A stretch of 64,000 nt of DNA from Thermodesulfobacteriota bacterium (lineage in GTDB: Bacteria; Desulfobacterota; Desulfobulbia; Desulfobulbales; SURF-16), in NCBI GenBank assembly GCA_040755455.1, contig JBFMAY010000001.1, forward strand, positions 294,164-358,163, given 5' to 3'. This document shows, one piece after another, positions 39,328-49,691 of the stretch. How positions within the stretch are numbered: the first letter of the stretch is position 1; the number at the start of each line of letters is the position of its first letter. The position numbers were made by a program, and so were the translations under genes. Below the pieces are notes generated by a model that saw only the letters and a program-made list of their open reading frames with translations, ran no database searches and was not told where the DNA came from.

Positions 39328-40806
39328 ATGAAAAACTACCTCATTATAATGCTGGTGATCATGCCCACTCTGATTGCCTCTTATGCCCAGGCTGTCACTG
39401 TGGCTGTTTTTCCAGTGGAAGACCTGAGTGAGGGCCGCAATGGGGTAAATTTCACTCTTACAGATTTTTTACAGCAGAATTTGCAGGAACGAGGGATTGA
39501 TGTCATACCTAGGGATACGATTATCTCATTTATGTCCAGGAATCGTATCAGATGGCTTGGTTTTCTTGGGACAAGTCATATTTATCAAGTGCGGGATGAT
39601 CTGGGTGCCGACTTCGTTCTTTTTGGAACAGTCAGTCAGCGGCAGGAATTACCCCTGGCAGCTTTCGGCATGGTTCTTACCTTGGTACGCACCAGTGATG
39701 CCCGTACAGTATGGACTGAGGTCGGTGGGGTGAGCAAAGCTGACATCTCAAATTTTCTGGCCATTGATGAGCCGGAAAGTATCGATGATTTATTTCCGGT
39801 TCTTGCTCAGCAACTGCTGAGCAGTTGGCCGGCTGTTCTGGAAGTTACCGGTCAAAATCCATGCATAGTTATTGAATCAACACGACTTTCGCCACAGCAT
39901 GTCAAACCGGGGGATGAGGTGAATTGCGCAGTTAAAATCCGCCCGCCGGCAGGGGGCGAAACGATCTCACAAGTGCTGCTTATGGTGGGTGATGATAATT
40001 ATCTTGAGATGGTGGAGATATCCCCTAATTCCTACTCTGTTGTATGGTCTGCGCCGGACGGCCGGGACGGCTTTTTGCCTGTCAGTCTTGTTTTAAGATG
40101 TCAATCAGGCAGAACGCTGGTTTTTTTTGTCGGTAATTATCAGATTGACACGAGTTCACCTAAGTTGAGTTTAAAAGTTGCTGGAAAAAGAGTGAACAAT
40201 TTTATAGCATTTAATGACAGGCTGCCGATTACTCCGGTTTGGCAGGATCCGGAGCCGCTTTCCCGCTGGTCCTTATTTATTCAGAGCATGACCGGGCAGG
40301 TAATGGCAGGCACGGAGAATAAAGGTGCTCTGCCCAAGCGGTTTGTCTGGCGAGGGCAACGTCCAGATGGTCATAAGGCTGAAGACGGTATCTATGAAAT
40401 CGTGTTGAAGGTATGGGACAGGGCTAATAATCCCTCCGTGGCAACGCAAAAGGTGTTTTTAAAGAGTAATCCGCCAAATCCGAGGATAAACGCGGCAGTA
40501 GGTAATGAAAATCTCATCGTAACATTGGATTCTGAAAATGCGATACCCGTTGATTTCTGGAGTGCCGAAATTATGTATTCGGACGGCGAAGTCTTACTGC
40601 AAAGTCAGGGAAGTGATCTTCCTGTCGACATCCTTATCCCATTTCCCTCGCCATCAGATTCAAGGAAGCTTGAATGTTTTGTCAATATGAAGGATGTATT
40701 AGGCAATAAGGTTCAGAAAAAAATTGATAACCTTATGCAATTAATTACTGTTGAGGATAACGCACCTGAACCACCAAAGCAGCAAGAGTGGGTTCCAGAA
40801 TTTTAA
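39328..40806 (+). CDS. Secreted protein with a CsgG-like N-domain and Ig/FlgD-like domains
   Basis: Signal peptide AQA; TVAVFPVEDLS...LGADFVLFGTV; FVWRGQRPDG...DGIYEIVLKVWDRANN. Confidence 0.7.
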   Translation: MKNYLIIMLVIMPTLIASYAQAVTVAVFPVEDLSEGRNGVNFTLTDFLQQNLQERGIDVIPRDTIISFMSRNRIRWLGFLGTSHIYQVRDDLGADFVLFGTVSQRQELPLAAFGMVLTLVRTSDARTVWTEVGGVSKADISNFLAIDEPESIDDLFPVLAQQLLSSWPAVLEVTGQNPCIVIESTRLSPQHVKPGDEVNCAVKIRPPAGGETISQVLLMVGDDNYLEMVEISPNSYSVVWSAPDGRDGFLPVSLVLRCQSGRTLVFFVGNYQIDTSSPKLSLKVAGKRVNNFIAFNDRLPITPVWQDPEPLSRWSLFIQSMTGQVMAGTENKGALPKRFVWRGQRPDGHKAEDGIYEIVLKVWDRANNPSVATQKVFLKSNPPNPRINAAVGNENLIVTLDSENAIPVDFWSAEIMYSDGEVLLQSQGSDLPVDILIPFPSPSDSRKLECFVNMKDVLGNKVQKKIDNLMQLITVEDNAPEPPKQQEWVPEF

Positions 40807-40823
40807 CGAGCAGATCATTTATT

Positions 40824-41432
40824 ATGAATTTTGCACAATCCAGATATTTCATTCCATTTTTACTCATTGCAATTCTTTTAGGGGTCAGTTCCTGCACATC
40901 ATCGAGGCCTTCTCTCGAAAAAAAAAATGTTTATGAAGGTGAAAGTGTCTGCTCCGTGGCTCTTCTTCCCTTTATCAATGCCAGCCGTTTTGAACAGGGC
41001 AATTTTATTTCCCAACGTGTCTTTGCTGCAGAATTAAACCGCGTTGGCGGAATTGCAGTCGCCTCTGAGGGTGATGTGCAAAATATTTATCGGGAACTGC
41101 GTATATTTCCTAATCAACTTCCTGATATTGAGCAAATCAAGGTGGTTGGCAGCCGTCTTGACGTTCAGCTCGTGATCAGTGCCAGGATAACGGAAATGGA
41201 AGAAAAAATGGGGGATAACTATGTAAATCCTGTTTTGGCTTTGACATTGCAAATCTATGACGCCAAAAGCGGTAAAACGATGTGGACAACCCATCACAGG
41301 CGGGAGGGTTCGGATTATCGGACTGTTATGCATTTTGGACTCGTTAATAGCGTGACTCAACTCAGTCGGATCATGTCTGATGAGATAATTGAAGAATGGT
41401 TCGCCGAAGGAATGAAGCAATGCGGAAAATAG
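40824..41432 (+). CDS. CsgG/PelC-like lipoprotein
   Basis: Lipobox GVSSC; VALLPFIN and LTLQIYDAKSGKTMW. Confidence 0.75.
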   Translation: MNFAQSRYFIPFLLIAILLGVSSCTSSRPSLEKKNVYEGESVCSVALLPFINASRFEQGNFISQRVFAAELNRVGGIAVASEGDVQNIYRELRIFPNQLPDIEQIKVVGSRLDVQLVISARITEMEEKMGDNYVNPVLALTLQIYDAKSGKTMWTTHHRREGSDYRTVMHFGLVNSVTQLSRIMSDEIIEEWFAEGMKQCGK

Positions 41433-43048
41433 GATTTTTGTGGGGGGTTATTTTTTTATGGATGTTGTCAACCTCCGGTGTCGTGTATGCATGGCCTTGG
41501 GGAGCAGAGAAACTTGTAACCATAAATGGCAGCAATTTCACGACTGACGATTTTAAAAACTGGTGGATAAACTGGAAAGAAAAGGACACTCATTTCCCTG
41601 AATTACCTGACCCTTTTGTTGATTGGCATTTGTTGGTTCAGGAGGCTGAAAAAATGGAGCTTTATAATGAACCTGAGTACCGCCATAAAATAGATGTATT
41701 CCTCAAGGCTCGAACATTGCTCCTTTATAAGGGTGATAAGGTCAGTTCGCGTATTAAAATATCGGATAAGGAACTGAAAGACCGTTATGATGAAAAATTT
41801 CTGCCCCGTTTACAGTTGCAGATACTTTATTTCAATGACGAGGCCGTGGCGAAAAAATCGTTCACACAAATAAAAGAAGGAAATCTCGATTTTGCCAAGT
41901 TTGCGGCTGAAGCGAGAGTTATTGATAAGAATTCCGTGTATTATGAGGAAAAATGGTCACGGAGCAACCAGCTCCAGCAGGAGTGGCGTCCTGTGGTAGA
42001 TGGTTTGACCCTTGGAACGATGTCCGAGCCTTTTCAATGGAGTAAAGGTTATGTCATCATCCGTCTCAAGGAACAGAAAGGATACGATGCTGAGGATTTT
42101 GAGTTGCTCAAACCAATGATCACCAATGAGATCAGGGAGATAAAGGATCAGGAACTTACTGTCGAACTTGTCGAGCAATTGAAGAAAAAATATCAGGTTA
42201 AAATAAACCAGCCGGTTTTTGATGCCTTGAATCTGGATTCTGCTAATGAAGAACTCCTTGATCAGATTCTTGTTTCCATGGACAATGAAAATTATACGGT
42301 GAGAGTTTTTCTGGAACTCGTCAATAAGGAACTGCAGTTCCGTAAACAGTATGGCTTTGATGTTGAAGAGGCAACTAAACGGAAAAAAAGGCTCCTTGAT
42401 GGAGTGCTTGCCCAGACTCTTACCACAAGAGGGGCACTTGATGAGCATTATGAAAGAAAAGAACCTTTGAAGCCACTTTACCTTTTTTATACTCAACACC
42501 GTCTGATAAAGGAACTTGAAAAACGCCTTTTTAGACCGCAGGTTCAGGTCAGTGAGCAGGATATCGAAAAGTATTATCAGGAAAATCTGGATCGATTTTC
42601 TCAACCTGAAATGGTCTCCATAGCCGTGGTGGAGGATGAGGAAAACCTTATTAATAAGATGTATGAGGAAATGAAAAGAGGCGTTGATCTCTTAGAGGTT
42701 GCGTCCCGTTATTATTCCGGTGAAGTACCGGTACAGAACATGCAGTTTAAATATCTTGATCCTATTGTTCAGAAAGTTATCGATAATCTTGTGATTGGAG
42801 AAGCGAGTAGTCCCTTTGTTGTAAAAGGTCACCATACAATCATTAAATTGATAAAACGGACTCCCGCCACCCCTATGCCTTTTGACCATGTACACGATAA
42901 AGTTGCCGGCCTGGTTGATAACGAAAAATTTTCCAAGGTACGTAATGAGTATCTTGCCGCTCTGAAGGAAAAATCGGTTATTGAAATAAACAACCGCACG
43001 TGGGAGAAAATTAAAAAGGAGCTCGGTGATCTTCATGTCGGGAAATAA
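41420..43048 (+). CDS. SurA/PrsA-like parvulin peptidyl-prolyl isomerase chaperone (duplicated architecture)
   Basis: Signal peptide; LVTING, VSEQDIEKYYQENLDRF, SEPFQWSKGYVII and SSPFVVKGHHTII. Confidence 0.8.
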   Translation: MRKIGFLWGVIFLWMLSTSGVVYAWPWGAEKLVTINGSNFTTDDFKNWWINWKEKDTHFPELPDPFVDWHLLVQEAEKMELYNEPEYRHKIDVFLKARTLLLYKGDKVSSRIKISDKELKDRYDEKFLPRLQLQILYFNDEAVAKKSFTQIKEGNLDFAKFAAEARVIDKNSVYYEEKWSRSNQLQQEWRPVVDGLTLGTMSEPFQWSKGYVIIRLKEQKGYDAEDFELLKPMITNEIREIKDQELTVELVEQLKKKYQVKINQPVFDALNLDSANEELLDQILVSMDNENYTVRVFLELVNKELQFRKQYGFDVEEATKRKKRLLDGVLAQTLTTRGALDEHYERKEPLKPLYLFYTQHRLIKELEKRLFRPQVQVSEQDIEKYYQENLDRFSQPEMVSIAVVEDEENLINKMYEEMKRGVDLLEVASRYYSGEVPVQNMQFKYLDPIVQKVIDNLVIGEASSPFVVKGHHTIIKLIKRTPATPMPFDHVHDKVAGLVDNEKFSKVRNEYLAALKEKSVIEINNRTWEKIKKELGDLHVGK

Positions 43049-44978
43049 AATTAAGTTATTTTTTGGACTTGCGTTCATCCTTAGTTTGCTTGTTTCCTGC
43101 GTAAGCAGTCAGCCGGTGCGCCAGCCGCGGAAAAGCTGTGTGGAATGCCACGCCGATATGGCTGCCGCTTTCAAACAGGGAGTCGTTCACAAACCTGTGC
43201 AAGAAGACAATTGTGAGGCCTGTCATCTTCATCATGGAATGATCGGCGGAATTTATCTTCGTCAGAATTTGCCTGAACAGTGTTTTGTATGTCATCGGCA
43301 GAAAGAAGAGGAGAGCAAAAAGAAATCTGTGCACAAGCCTGTTGCTGAAGGCCGCTGCCAGTCCTGCCATGAGGTACATAACAGTACTTATAAAGGCCTG
43401 CTGAAATCAGGCAGCCCGGAGATCTGCTTTACATGTCATGACAGGAAACAATTTTCCCGGGCGAATGTGCATGCCCCTGTTAAAGAAGGGTGTGCCAGCT
43501 GTCATGTAAATCATGGATCAGACGTGAATTTCCTCCTCAAACAGGATGAGGACAGCCTCTGTCTTTCCTGTCATAAGACTGATCAGGCTGCTTTTCGTAA
43601 AAGTCACCGGGATTATCCGGTGCAAGGAAAGTGTGTTCTCTGCCACAGCCCGCACAGTTCAGATGGCCTTCATTTGTTAAAGTCGGTCGTGCATAAGCCG
43701 GTGGTGGAGGGTAATTGTGCCGGTTGTCATCAGATAGGCGCAAAAGGGGAGTTGCAGATCAAAGGCGATGCAAATGCAGGGTGCTTAACCTGTCATCCGC
43801 GCAGCACCATGAAAATGACCAGCCAGCATAAGCCTTATACCGAGGGGCTTTGCCTGAAGTGTCACGCATCTCATGCCAGCGAAGACAGCTATATGCTTGC
43901 CATGTCCGCCGTCAAGGTATGTGTAAATTGTCACACCAGTGCAGACAAGAGCAAGATCAAAAGCAGCCATGACCCATTCGGCAAGGGACAGTGTCTTTCC
44001 TGCCATGTGGGGCACATTTCGCAGCAGGTGGCGCTGTTGGCCCGTGAGTCTTCGCAGCTTTGCTATAAGTGTCATGAGAAAAAATTGTACAGCGAGGGGC
44101 GCGTTTCGCATTCTCCGGCTGCAGAGAGCAAGTGTCTTGGCTGTCACAAGCCTCATGACGCTGGTGAACGAAGATTACTTATTAAGAATGAGAGGGATAT
44201 GTGTCTTGCCTGCCATCAGAAGAGTGCCAGCGAGATGGGCAGCTTTAGCCTGCATACCCCTTTTGCCAACGGTGATTGCAGCCGTTGTCATGAGCCCCAC
44301 CAAGGGGAAAGAAAGAATCTTTTAAAGGAAAGTGAGGTCGGCGGCAAGCTTTGTTTTACCTGTCATAAGGTTCTGGAAAAACAGAATGAGAATATTATTT
44401 TTCATGCCCCTTTTGCTAAAAAAGAGTGCGAGAAATGTCACTCTCCCCATGCAGGAGATTATGTTTACAGCCAGAAAGAAAATCCCGGCAAGCGGTGTCT
44501 TGCCTGTCATGGGGGAATGGAAAAAGTGATCAATGACTACCCTGTGTTGCATGGACCGTTTAAAGATCTCAATTGCTCTGCCTGCCATATAGCCCATGGC
44601 TCCGCATACCAGAAAAATCTTGCCAAGAAACAGCCGGCTCTTTGCCTCAGCTGCCATCAGCAGATTTCCAAGTATTGGCAGGAAGGTGTGGCGCATGATC
44701 CGGCGACAAAGGATTGCTTGGTCTGCCACGAGCCCCATGCCTCCAAAAATAAGGGAATTGTCATTGAAAAAGATGGTTTGCTCTGCGCCCGATGTCATAA
44801 TCTCACCGAAACACGATTTACTGCCGTACATCAAGGAATTCGTCCGGCCAATGAATCCTGTCTGAAGTGTCATGATCCGCATGGCGGCCCGGCAAAGGGA
44901 TTATTGTTCCCGGTAAGTCATAAACCGTTTGCTGAAGGCAAATGTAGTCCGTGTCATCCTGGGGAGGGCAGAAAATAA
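43035..44978 (+). CDS. 26-heme cytochrome c lipoprotein
   Basis: Lipobox LLVSC; 26 CXXCH counted in HxP...CxxCHxxH repeats. Confidence 0.92.
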   Translation: MSGNKIKLFFGLAFILSLLVSCVSSQPVRQPRKSCVECHADMAAAFKQGVVHKPVQEDNCEACHLHHGMIGGIYLRQNLPEQCFVCHRQKEEESKKKSVHKPVAEGRCQSCHEVHNSTYKGLLKSGSPEICFTCHDRKQFSRANVHAPVKEGCASCHVNHGSDVNFLLKQDEDSLCLSCHKTDQAAFRKSHRDYPVQGKCVLCHSPHSSDGLHLLKSVVHKPVVEGNCAGCHQIGAKGELQIKGDANAGCLTCHPRSTMKMTSQHKPYTEGLCLKCHASHASEDSYMLAMSAVKVCVNCHTSADKSKIKSSHDPFGKGQCLSCHVGHISQQVALLARESSQLCYKCHEKKLYSEGRVSHSPAAESKCLGCHKPHDAGERRLLIKNERDMCLACHQKSASEMGSFSLHTPFANGDCSRCHEPHQGERKNLLKESEVGGKLCFTCHKVLEKQNENIIFHAPFAKKECEKCHSPHAGDYVYSQKENPGKRCLACHGGMEKVINDYPVLHGPFKDLNCSACHIAHGSAYQKNLAKKQPALCLSCHQQISKYWQEGVAHDPATKDCLVCHEPHASKNKGIVIEKDGLLCARCHNLTETRFTAVHQGIRPANESCLKCHDPHGGPAKGLLFPVSHKPFAEGKCSPCHPGEGRK

Positions 44979-46153
44979 TGTCATATTATTATCGAATTGT
45001 TGTCATTTCCTGGCTTGCCATAGTTCTGCCCATAGCAGCTGCAGCAGATACCGTCTGCTTTAACTGCCACAAAAAGGAGGCTTTCAGCGGCAAGGTTGTC
45101 CATCGGCCACTGGCCCAGGGCCAATGCAGCGCCTGCCATAATCCTCATGTGGCACATTTTAAGGGGTTGTTGGAAAAGGAAGGTTCCGCTCTCTGTTTTT
45201 CCTGTCATGAGAAGCAGCAGGAAGCATTCAAGCAGGGTATGGTCCATCAGCCTGTGCGCAGCGGGCAATGCCTTGCCTGCCATGAGCCGCATGCAAGCTC
45301 CAGAAATGGGCTTCTCAAGGAGCAGTTGAGCGCAACCTGCTTTGGTTGCCATGACAAACTGCTGCAGAAATATCAATATACCCACAATCCTTATGCCCAG
45401 GGACAATGTTATTCCTGCCACCGCCCTCATCAGTCTTTGTTCGGCCAATTGCTTAAGGATGAACCTGATAAGGTCTGTCTGTCCTGTCATAAATCCCAGG
45501 ATCTGCAGAATGGCCATGTGAATTATCCCGGAAGTCTGCGCAACTGCCTTTCATGCCACAATCCACATGGCAGCGGGCGCAAAGGCATTGTGCGTGACGT
45601 CCTCCATGCCCCTTTTGCCAAAGGATGTAAAGAGTGTCATGATAAGGGCGAAATACAGGGCAGCACCCAAAACTGTCTCAGGTGTCATCAACCAGTTGCA
45701 ACCGGAATGCTTACCCGGCACAGTCATTTAACGGGTAAGGGAGAAAATAAATGTGTGGCATGTCATTCACCCCATGCCGGCAATGAAAAGAATTTGTTAA
45801 AAGGCACTCAGTTGCAGGTATGCCGTAGCTGTCATAATGATACTGTTGCGCGGTATGAAGACAAACTTTACAGGCATCCGAAGGCGAAACAGGGATTGTG
45901 TATAGAATGCCATGAGGTGCATGGCTCAAACAGGCTTGCCATGCTGCGGGGCGATGGCAATGCCATTTGCACCCGGTGCCATGAAACCCAGGGGAAATTC
46001 ACTCACCCGGTTGGGGAAAAGATTGTGGATGTGAGAACAGGTCAGATGGTGACGTGTGTCAGCTGTCATCTGCCCATGGGGTCTGATTTTAAATATGAAT
46101 TGATATACAGTGGATCGAAGGATTTGTGTGTTCAGTGTCATAAGAGATACTGA
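44978..46153 (+). CDS. 16-heme cytochrome c
   Basis: TAATG coupling to the upstream gene; signal peptide; 16 CXXCH. Confidence 0.92.
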   Translation: MSYYYRIVVISWLAIVLPIAAAADTVCFNCHKKEAFSGKVVHRPLAQGQCSACHNPHVAHFKGLLEKEGSALCFSCHEKQQEAFKQGMVHQPVRSGQCLACHEPHASSRNGLLKEQLSATCFGCHDKLLQKYQYTHNPYAQGQCYSCHRPHQSLFGQLLKDEPDKVCLSCHKSQDLQNGHVNYPGSLRNCLSCHNPHGSGRKGIVRDVLHAPFAKGCKECHDKGEIQGSTQNCLRCHQPVATGMLTRHSHLTGKGENKCVACHSPHAGNEKNLLKGTQLQVCRSCHNDTVARYEDKLYRHPKAKQGLCIECHEVHGSNRLAMLRGDGNAICTRCHETQGKFTHPVGEKIVDVRTGQMVTCVSCHLPMGSDFKYELIYSGSKDLCVQCHKRY

Positions 46154-46210
46154 TGGGCAGATCGATTCAGCACTTTCGATTACAGAATGCCGATTTGTGA
46201 AGGAGTCTCT

Positions 46211-47098
46211 ATGAAGTACGTGAGAAATATGTTGGGCCAGTCAGCATTGCTGGTAGCCTCAATTTTTATCGTCGCGACAACTTCCTTGGCTGCCGGGCCC
46301 TGGACCTGGAAGGCAACCCTTGACGGCGCAGGCTCCGGTCAAGCTATTGTCATGCCTACTGCCCTGCATATTGATGCCGAGCGACAACGTTATTATGTGG
46401 TCGATAGCGGTGGCAACAGATTGCTTTCTTTTTCCCGTGAAGGAGATTTTCTTCATGCCTTTACCGCGGAAGGCAAGTTACAGATTCCTTATGATATTGT
46501 TCGTGATAACGCCGATGTTATCTGGGTAGTCGAGAAAGGACGTAACAGTCTGACAAGTATTGATGTCAAGGCAAAACAAATTTTAACGCACATCATAAAG
46601 GATGGTGGAAGGAGCCTTGCGCTGGATCGCATTGACTTCAAGGATGGTTTTTTTTATGTCCTGGATAAAGAAACTGGACAAATTGCCATACTGGGCAGCG
46701 ATCTTTCTGTGAAGAGCTGGATATCCTGTGCGGATTGTACCTCTGGCATTGTTGATTTCAAACTCACCAGCGATGGTATCTGGGCCTTGGATCAACTGGA
46801 TAAGAAGGTGGTACACTTTGACGGCAATGGAAAATTGATAAAGAATTTCGATGTCGGGCAGAAGGTGGAGTTCCCTGTCTCTCTGGCAATTGGTCCTGCT
46901 GGCGATGTTTTCATTCTTGATCGCCATTTGGCGAACATTGCCGTTTTTGACGCACAGGGGGGCTTTAAGTATGCCGTTTTTGGCAAGGGTTGGGCGCGTG
47001 GTGAGCTTTATTTTCCGATCGAAATAGTATTTGACCCGTGGGGAGATCTTTGTGTTGTAGAAGAGGGCAATGGTCGAGTAGAAGTATTTGGCCGTTAA
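46211..47098 (+). CDS. NHL-repeat beta-propeller protein
   Basis: AGGAG RBS, signal peptide, YVVDSGGNRL and GELYFPIEI...VVEEGNGRVEVF. Confidence 0.85.
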   Translation: MKYVRNMLGQSALLVASIFIVATTSLAAGPWTWKATLDGAGSGQAIVMPTALHIDAERQRYYVVDSGGNRLLSFSREGDFLHAFTAEGKLQIPYDIVRDNADVIWVVEKGRNSLTSIDVKAKQILTHIIKDGGRSLALDRIDFKDGFFYVLDKETGQIAILGSDLSVKSWISCADCTSGIVDFKLTSDGIWALDQLDKKVVHFDGNGKLIKNFDVGQKVEFPVSLAIGPAGDVFILDRHLANIAVFDAQGGFKYAVFGKGWARGELYFPIEIVFDPWGDLCVVEEGNGRVEVFGR

Positions 47099-47109
47099 AA
47101 GGGGTGACC

Positions 47110-48201
47110 ATGAAGACAACAAAAGGTGTCAAGGTACTGGTTACGCTGCCTTTGATCCTGTTTCCTCTTGTGTGCGATGCCAAGGTTACGGGGCAATGCG
47201 GCAATTGTCATACCATGCATAACAGCCAGGGGGGCACTGCTGTTGTGCAGAATATGGTAGATGGCGCTATGGATTTATCATTTACCCCAAATGAAGGCTT
47301 GCTCAATACCAACTGTATTGGCTGTCATCAGGGGAATAATAGTGTTGGAAGCCGTACCACGCCATATGTTCTGCAGACCAACCCGCCGACATACAGCAGT
47401 ACAGGCACGGAGGGCGACACAACTACTCTGGCTGGTGGAAATTTCTACTGGGTGAGCAGCGGACTGGAGGCAACCGGTCATAATGTGAACGGTATCGCTG
47501 CCTCTGACAGCCGATTGGGCAATATCCCACCAGGCGGGGTTGATTTAGGCACACAGCTCACGTGCGCCGGTACCAGTGGTTGTCATGGCGACCGGACGGT
47601 AAGCGGGGAAATCCGGTCCATGATGAAGTCCCACCATGCCAATGTTATGACCAGTTGGAAGGATGGTTCGACTTTGGCGAAAAGTTATCGCTTTCTCTAT
47701 TCCGTGCAGGGATGGGAGGATGTGCAATATGAGTATCGTCCTGAAAGCACTCGCCATAACAAATATTACGGCATTGATAGAACCTCGGAGACGGAGAATG
47801 ATGACAGCACCATCAGCAGCCTCTGTGCCAAGTGCCATGGCAACTTTCATCAGGGTGCGGGCAAGATAGCTTCCGGCACTTTCGGCAGCAGCGGTGTCTG
47901 GCTGCGGCATCCTACCGATTTTGATATGGGCAGGGCCTCTTCGACGGATGAATATACGGCATATAATGGTGGCTCAGGTTCGAATAATCTCTACAGTGTC
48001 ATCTCCCCGGTTGCCACCGCAAGTAAAACAGAGTCAATAAACAGCACCATTTATACCGCTGCCGATGATGCTATTGTCATGTGTCTCTCATGTCATCGTG
48101 CTCATGGGACTCCGTATCAGGCTATTCTACGGTGGGATTATAAAGCGTGGCCTGGCGGCGGATATAATGGTTGTGCTGTCTGTCATACGACCAAGGACTA
48201 A
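47110..48201 (+). CDS. Second OmcS-family hexaheme cytochrome (5 CXXCH + CX5CH)
   Basis: CGNCHTMHNS, LAGGNFYWV, GHNV, CAGTSGCH, WLRHPTD, CLSCHRAHG and CAVCHTTKD; clear paralog of 34607. Confidence 0.87.
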   Translation: MKTTKGVKVLVTLPLILFPLVCDAKVTGQCGNCHTMHNSQGGTAVVQNMVDGAMDLSFTPNEGLLNTNCIGCHQGNNSVGSRTTPYVLQTNPPTYSSTGTEGDTTTLAGGNFYWVSSGLEATGHNVNGIAASDSRLGNIPPGGVDLGTQLTCAGTSGCHGDRTVSGEIRSMMKSHHANVMTSWKDGSTLAKSYRFLYSVQGWEDVQYEYRPESTRHNKYYGIDRTSETENDDSTISSLCAKCHGNFHQGAGKIASGTFGSSGVWLRHPTDFDMGRASSTDEYTAYNGGSGSNNLYSVISPVATASKTESINSTIYTAADDAIVMCLSCHRAHGTPYQAILRWDYKAWPGGGYNGCAVCHTTKD

Positions 48202-48242
48202 CAGGCTGTTTCTCGATGAATAAAAAAGCAGGTTTTTTTATT

Positions 48243-49691
48243 ATGAAAGCACGTTTGGTTGCAGCAAAAAATATCATCTCGTATTTGGTCGTTCTGCTCT
48301 GTGGGATTTTTTTTCTTGGCGGTTGTCAGCAGGGAGGAGCGGTTAGTGGCGATTCCTTATCCCGTGCAGCTTTTCAGGAAAGCAGCGGAGACGCTAAGCT
48401 TTCTGTCTTCTTGCGTTTGAAAGAGCCTGAGGGGCCGAATTTGTGGATAAAAATCAGCAATCTTGAGCTCGGTTCTTATAATACGTGGTTCCCTCTCAGG
48501 ACTGCACGGGAGGAAATCCTATGCCAGGACATGCGATCCAACGGACAGATTCTTGCCGGCAGAGGAGGGGTTCCGGCCGGTCGATACCAGAGCGTCCGAT
48601 TTACGGTTGAAAAGGCTGCCCTTGAACGAGAGGGGGAAAAGGTTTTACTGTCTGTAGACAACCCTGTTATTGAAATCAATTTCCCAGTTGAGCTCAGCCT
48701 TACCAAAGGAGACAGTACATCGCTTTTCGTGACATGGGATGTTGCCGGTTCCATGCAGGGAACCGCCATGTTAAGTCCAAAAATGACCATTAACCTGCAG
48801 CGTATTCCCCTTGTGACAGATCTGGCCTATGTCTCCTGTCCGGAACTTGATACCATTTACATAGTTAGAACAGATGTGAATATGGTATGCGGTTCCATCG
48901 GCATCAGCGGCAAGCCAACAACTATTATAGCGAACCTGGATAAAAACAGGCTTTTTGTGCTTGCTCCGAAGGACTCTGCGGTTAAGATTTTCGAGCTGAC
49001 CTCGAATCGGTTGATCGATCAAATCAGGATACCCCTTTCTGTAAAATCAACCTATATGGCGGTCAGTTCGGATGGGAAGTGGGCATATTTGCTGGATGAA
49101 ATGGGCAATAATCTGGTCCGTCTCAATCTGCAAACCGGTACTGTTGACGGGCAGATTCGTGTCGGCTCGCGCCCAAAGTATATGCTCTATCTTGAGGAGC
49201 AGAATTTGCTGGCGATTTCCTGCGCATATGCCCAGAAGGTATATTTTTTGGATGCAACTTCCTTGACGATCGTCAATACGGTTGACACCGGAGGAACACC
49301 AGATGGTTTACTGGCGCGGGATAACTATCTCTTTGTGGCAGAGAGTTCCAGTAATTCGGTGTCGGTTTTTGAGCTTCCCGGTGGCAGGAACAAGGCACGT
49401 TTTAACGTGGGCGTCAAACCAAGACGGCTTGTTTTCGGTAACAGCCATATTTATATTTCGAATTATGGGGCAGGTAATGTTTCATTGCTGAGGCCCGGTC
49501 AACTTAATGTCTCCCGAAGCATCCAGGTAGGTGGTATGCCCTGTGCAATGGATGTGTCACTCTCTCGCCAGTGGCTTTATGTGGGCGATGAGAATAAAGG
49601 GGGAGTTTGTGTCGTTGATCTTTCGTCAAACAAGGTTGCCGGTTGGATCGAACTGGGCGCCCCGCCGGATACAGTTGTAGTGGTTAATTAA
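48243..49691 (+). CDS. Lipoprotein with an N-terminal beta-sandwich (DUF4382-like) and a YVTN/YncE beta-propeller
   Basis: Lipobox FLGGC; repeated I.VG..P motifs. Start may be 48216. Confidence 0.78.
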   Translation: MKARLVAAKNIISYLVVLLCGIFFLGGCQQGGAVSGDSLSRAAFQESSGDAKLSVFLRLKEPEGPNLWIKISNLELGSYNTWFPLRTAREEILCQDMRSNGQILAGRGGVPAGRYQSVRFTVEKAALEREGEKVLLSVDNPVIEINFPVELSLTKGDSTSLFVTWDVAGSMQGTAMLSPKMTINLQRIPLVTDLAYVSCPELDTIYIVRTDVNMVCGSIGISGKPTTIIANLDKNRLFVLAPKDSAVKIFELTSNRLIDQIRIPLSVKSTYMAVSSDGKWAYLLDEMGNNLVRLNLQTGTVDGQIRVGSRPKYMLYLEEQNLLAISCAYAQKVYFLDATSLTIVNTVDTGGTPDGLLARDNYLFVAESSSNSVSVFELPGGRNKARFNVGVKPRRLVFGNSHIYISNYGAGNVSLLRPGQLNVSRSIQVGGMPCAMDVSLSRQWLYVGDENKGGVCVVDLSSNKVAGWIELGAPPDTVVVVN

